Of a stretch of 64,000 nucleotides of DNA, positions 62,833 through 64,000 are shown piece after piece. The position numbers were made by a program, and so were the translations under genes. The notes under the pieces are model-generated. The model searched no databases and was not told the DNA's origin. It worked only from the letters and a program-made list of their open reading frames with translations. Origin of the DNA: a virus; IMG/VR virus record IMGVR_UViG_3300025151_000016; one strand, written 5' to 3'. Numbering within the stretch: position 1 is the first letter of the stretch; the number at the start of each line of letters is the position of its first letter.

Positions 62833-63530
62833 TAATCGTATCCTAACATTTCTTTTGTCATAATATAATCTCTCACCATTCCTGATCTTACAATATCGTC
62901 CCAACCAAACTGTATGATTGAAAAGTTTTTCATTTGTTCTAAGATAGCCATAAACTTAAATAAGCCATCCTTTTCATCTTGAAACTTAAAGTCAGATTGT
63001 TTATAATCACCGCAAAATATAATCTTACTGTTACGTCCTACTCGTGTAATAACTGTATCAAGTTCATGGAACGTAAGGTTCTGCATCTCATCAACAATAA
63101 TAATAGAATCATCAAACGTGGATCCACGAATAAATGATGTGGATTCAAATTCAATTTGTCGAGCTGTTGTGAGTTTGTTATAAGCTCCTACATCACCAAA
63201 GAGTTCAGCACAAATATTCTTGTACGGAATATTGTACATGTCCTTTTTTTCTTCTGCAGTACCTGGAAGAAATCCAATGTCTCTTGTTGGTACAACAGAT
63301 CTAATTATTACAATACGACGGAAAAAAGAATCTGAATCAAGAAGTTCTTCTAACGCCATATAAAGAGCTATAAAGGTTTTACCTGTGCCTGCAGTTCCAG
63401 CTAAGACCAAATTATCGTCATCTTCCCACGATTCAAAAGCAATCTTTTGATTCTCAGTAATAGGTTCATACTCTAACAAATCATCAATGCGAACTGTAAG
63501 AGAGTTGTTCTTACTTAAACGTTTACTCAT
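62832..63530 (-). CDS. phoH: PhoH-family ATPase
   Basis: GTAGTGKT, RS.V, IGFLPG, FIRGSTF, DEMQN, TRVG...K..FCGD..QSD, DIVRS. Confidence 0.95.
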   Translation of the reverse strand: MSKRLSKNNSLTVRIDDLLEYEPITENQKIAFESWEDDDNLVLAGTAGTGKTFIALYMALEELLDSDSFFRRIVIIRSVVPTRDIGFLPGTAEEKKDMYNIPYKNICAELFGDVGAYNKLTTARQIEFESTSFIRGSTFDDSIIIVDEMQNLTFHELDTVITRVGRNSKIIFCGDYKQSDFKFQDEKDGLFKFMAILEQMKNFSIIQFGWDDIVRSGMVRDYIMTKEMLGYD

Positions 63531-63531
63531 A

Positions 63532-63765
63532 CTATGTTTTTATTGTATTGCTACGACCTGATCCGGATTTCACTTTATTCAAAACTTCTTTCCATCCATC
63601 ATCTGTTTTGCTCAAAGTACTTCCTACTCCTGATACAATCTTTGGTGTACTTGGTACTTGAATTACGTCTGGCATAGCGTCTAATATATCTTGTAATTCA
63701 TTCCAAGTACATATAGTGTCCCAGGTTTCTTGAGTCTTAGTATCTTTCAATGTATATGAGGGCAT
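63532..63765 (-). CDS. FmdB-like small regulatory protein
   Basis: MP.Y...D..T.E, P.IVSG, GWKEVL..VK; directly upstream of phoH as in other T4-like phages. Confidence 0.6.
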   Translation of the reverse strand: MPSYTLKDTKTQETWDTICTWNELQDILDAMPDVIQVPSTPKIVSGVGSTLSKTDDGWKEVLNKVKSGSGRSNTIKT

Positions 63766-63783
63766 AATATTCTTTCTGTAAAT

Positions 63784-63810
63784 CGGCCGACTAGTCGTGC
63801 TAGCCGACCG
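63784..63810 (-). terminator. GC-rich stem-loop (terminator-like or stabilising)
   Basis: CGGUCGGCUAG-CACGA-CUAGUCGGCCG, 11 bp with two G-U pairs on the minus strand; only a weak U tail. Confidence 0.45.
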
Positions 63811-63818
63811 TCTACCTC

Positions 63819-63980
63819 CTATTGCAATGCTTCTTGTTTCTCAGTGATAAAGTCTTTGAGATATTCTCTCTTTCGACTTATTTTAGTAGCTAAATCAATT
63901 TTGCCTTTCTGTTGAAGCTTAGTGATATAGTTTTCTAATTCAATAACATCTTGTTTAAGTCTATCAAACTGAGTAGTCAA
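63819..63980 (-). CDS. 53-aa coiled-coil hypothetical protein (absent from ORF track)
   Basis: TTG start with AGGAG RBS; MTTQFDRLKQDVIELENYITKLQQKG... Confidence 0.55.
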   Translation of the reverse strand: MTTQFDRLKQDVIELENYITKLQQKGKIDLATKISRKREYLKDFITEKQEALQ

Positions 63981-64000
63981 TGCAATCTCCTATTGTTTTA

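Overview
64 kb of an AT-rich, T4-like (myovirus) phage genome, most likely marine. An alphaproteobacterial (Rhodobacterales-like) host is inferred from two host-like respiratory-chain accessory peptides. 1-17.9 kb: an expanded set of tail-fibre or virion-appendage genes (beta-propeller protein, five genes built from a YTG-x-G / WxK / DxxRG repeat, two tail-assembly chaperones, two S74-chaperone fibres). 17.9-36.5 kb (minus strand): baseplate genes (VrlC/DUF4815-like, gp8, gp9/10-like, gp7-like, gp6, gp25, a gp5 locus split over four ORFs, gp27-like, gp53, gp48). 36.5-41 kb (plus strand): gp4, gp2, gp54-like, gp26, gp51, tape-measure-like. 41-53.3 kb: gp32, gp33, many small early genes behind repeated sigma70 promoter cassettes, a pyrimidine-dimer glycosylase-like gene, a late lipase and membrane-protein cluster, tRNA-Pro(UGG), a thermonuclease and a GC-rich structured RNA candidate. 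53.3-61.6 kb: a glycan-modification cluster (about six GT-like genes, two methyltransferases, UDP-galactopyranose mutase, class I aldolase, HAD phosphatase, zf-CHCC protein). 61.8-64 kb: HAD nucleotidase, glutaredoxin, phoH, FmdB-like. Top leads: (i) Asp-Ser dipeptides enriched in peripheral virion proteins but absent from most inner hub proteins, next to a phage glycosylation cluster (candidate virion O-glycosylation system); (ii) a -1 frameshift joining gp26 to gp51 ahead of the tape measure gene; (iii) a multi-pseudoknot ncRNA; (iv) a lipase plus EF-hand holin-like late cassette; (v) a fibre scaffold with two interchangeable domain-insertion sites. All assignments are by eye from motifs and synteny; no database search was run and counts are manual.
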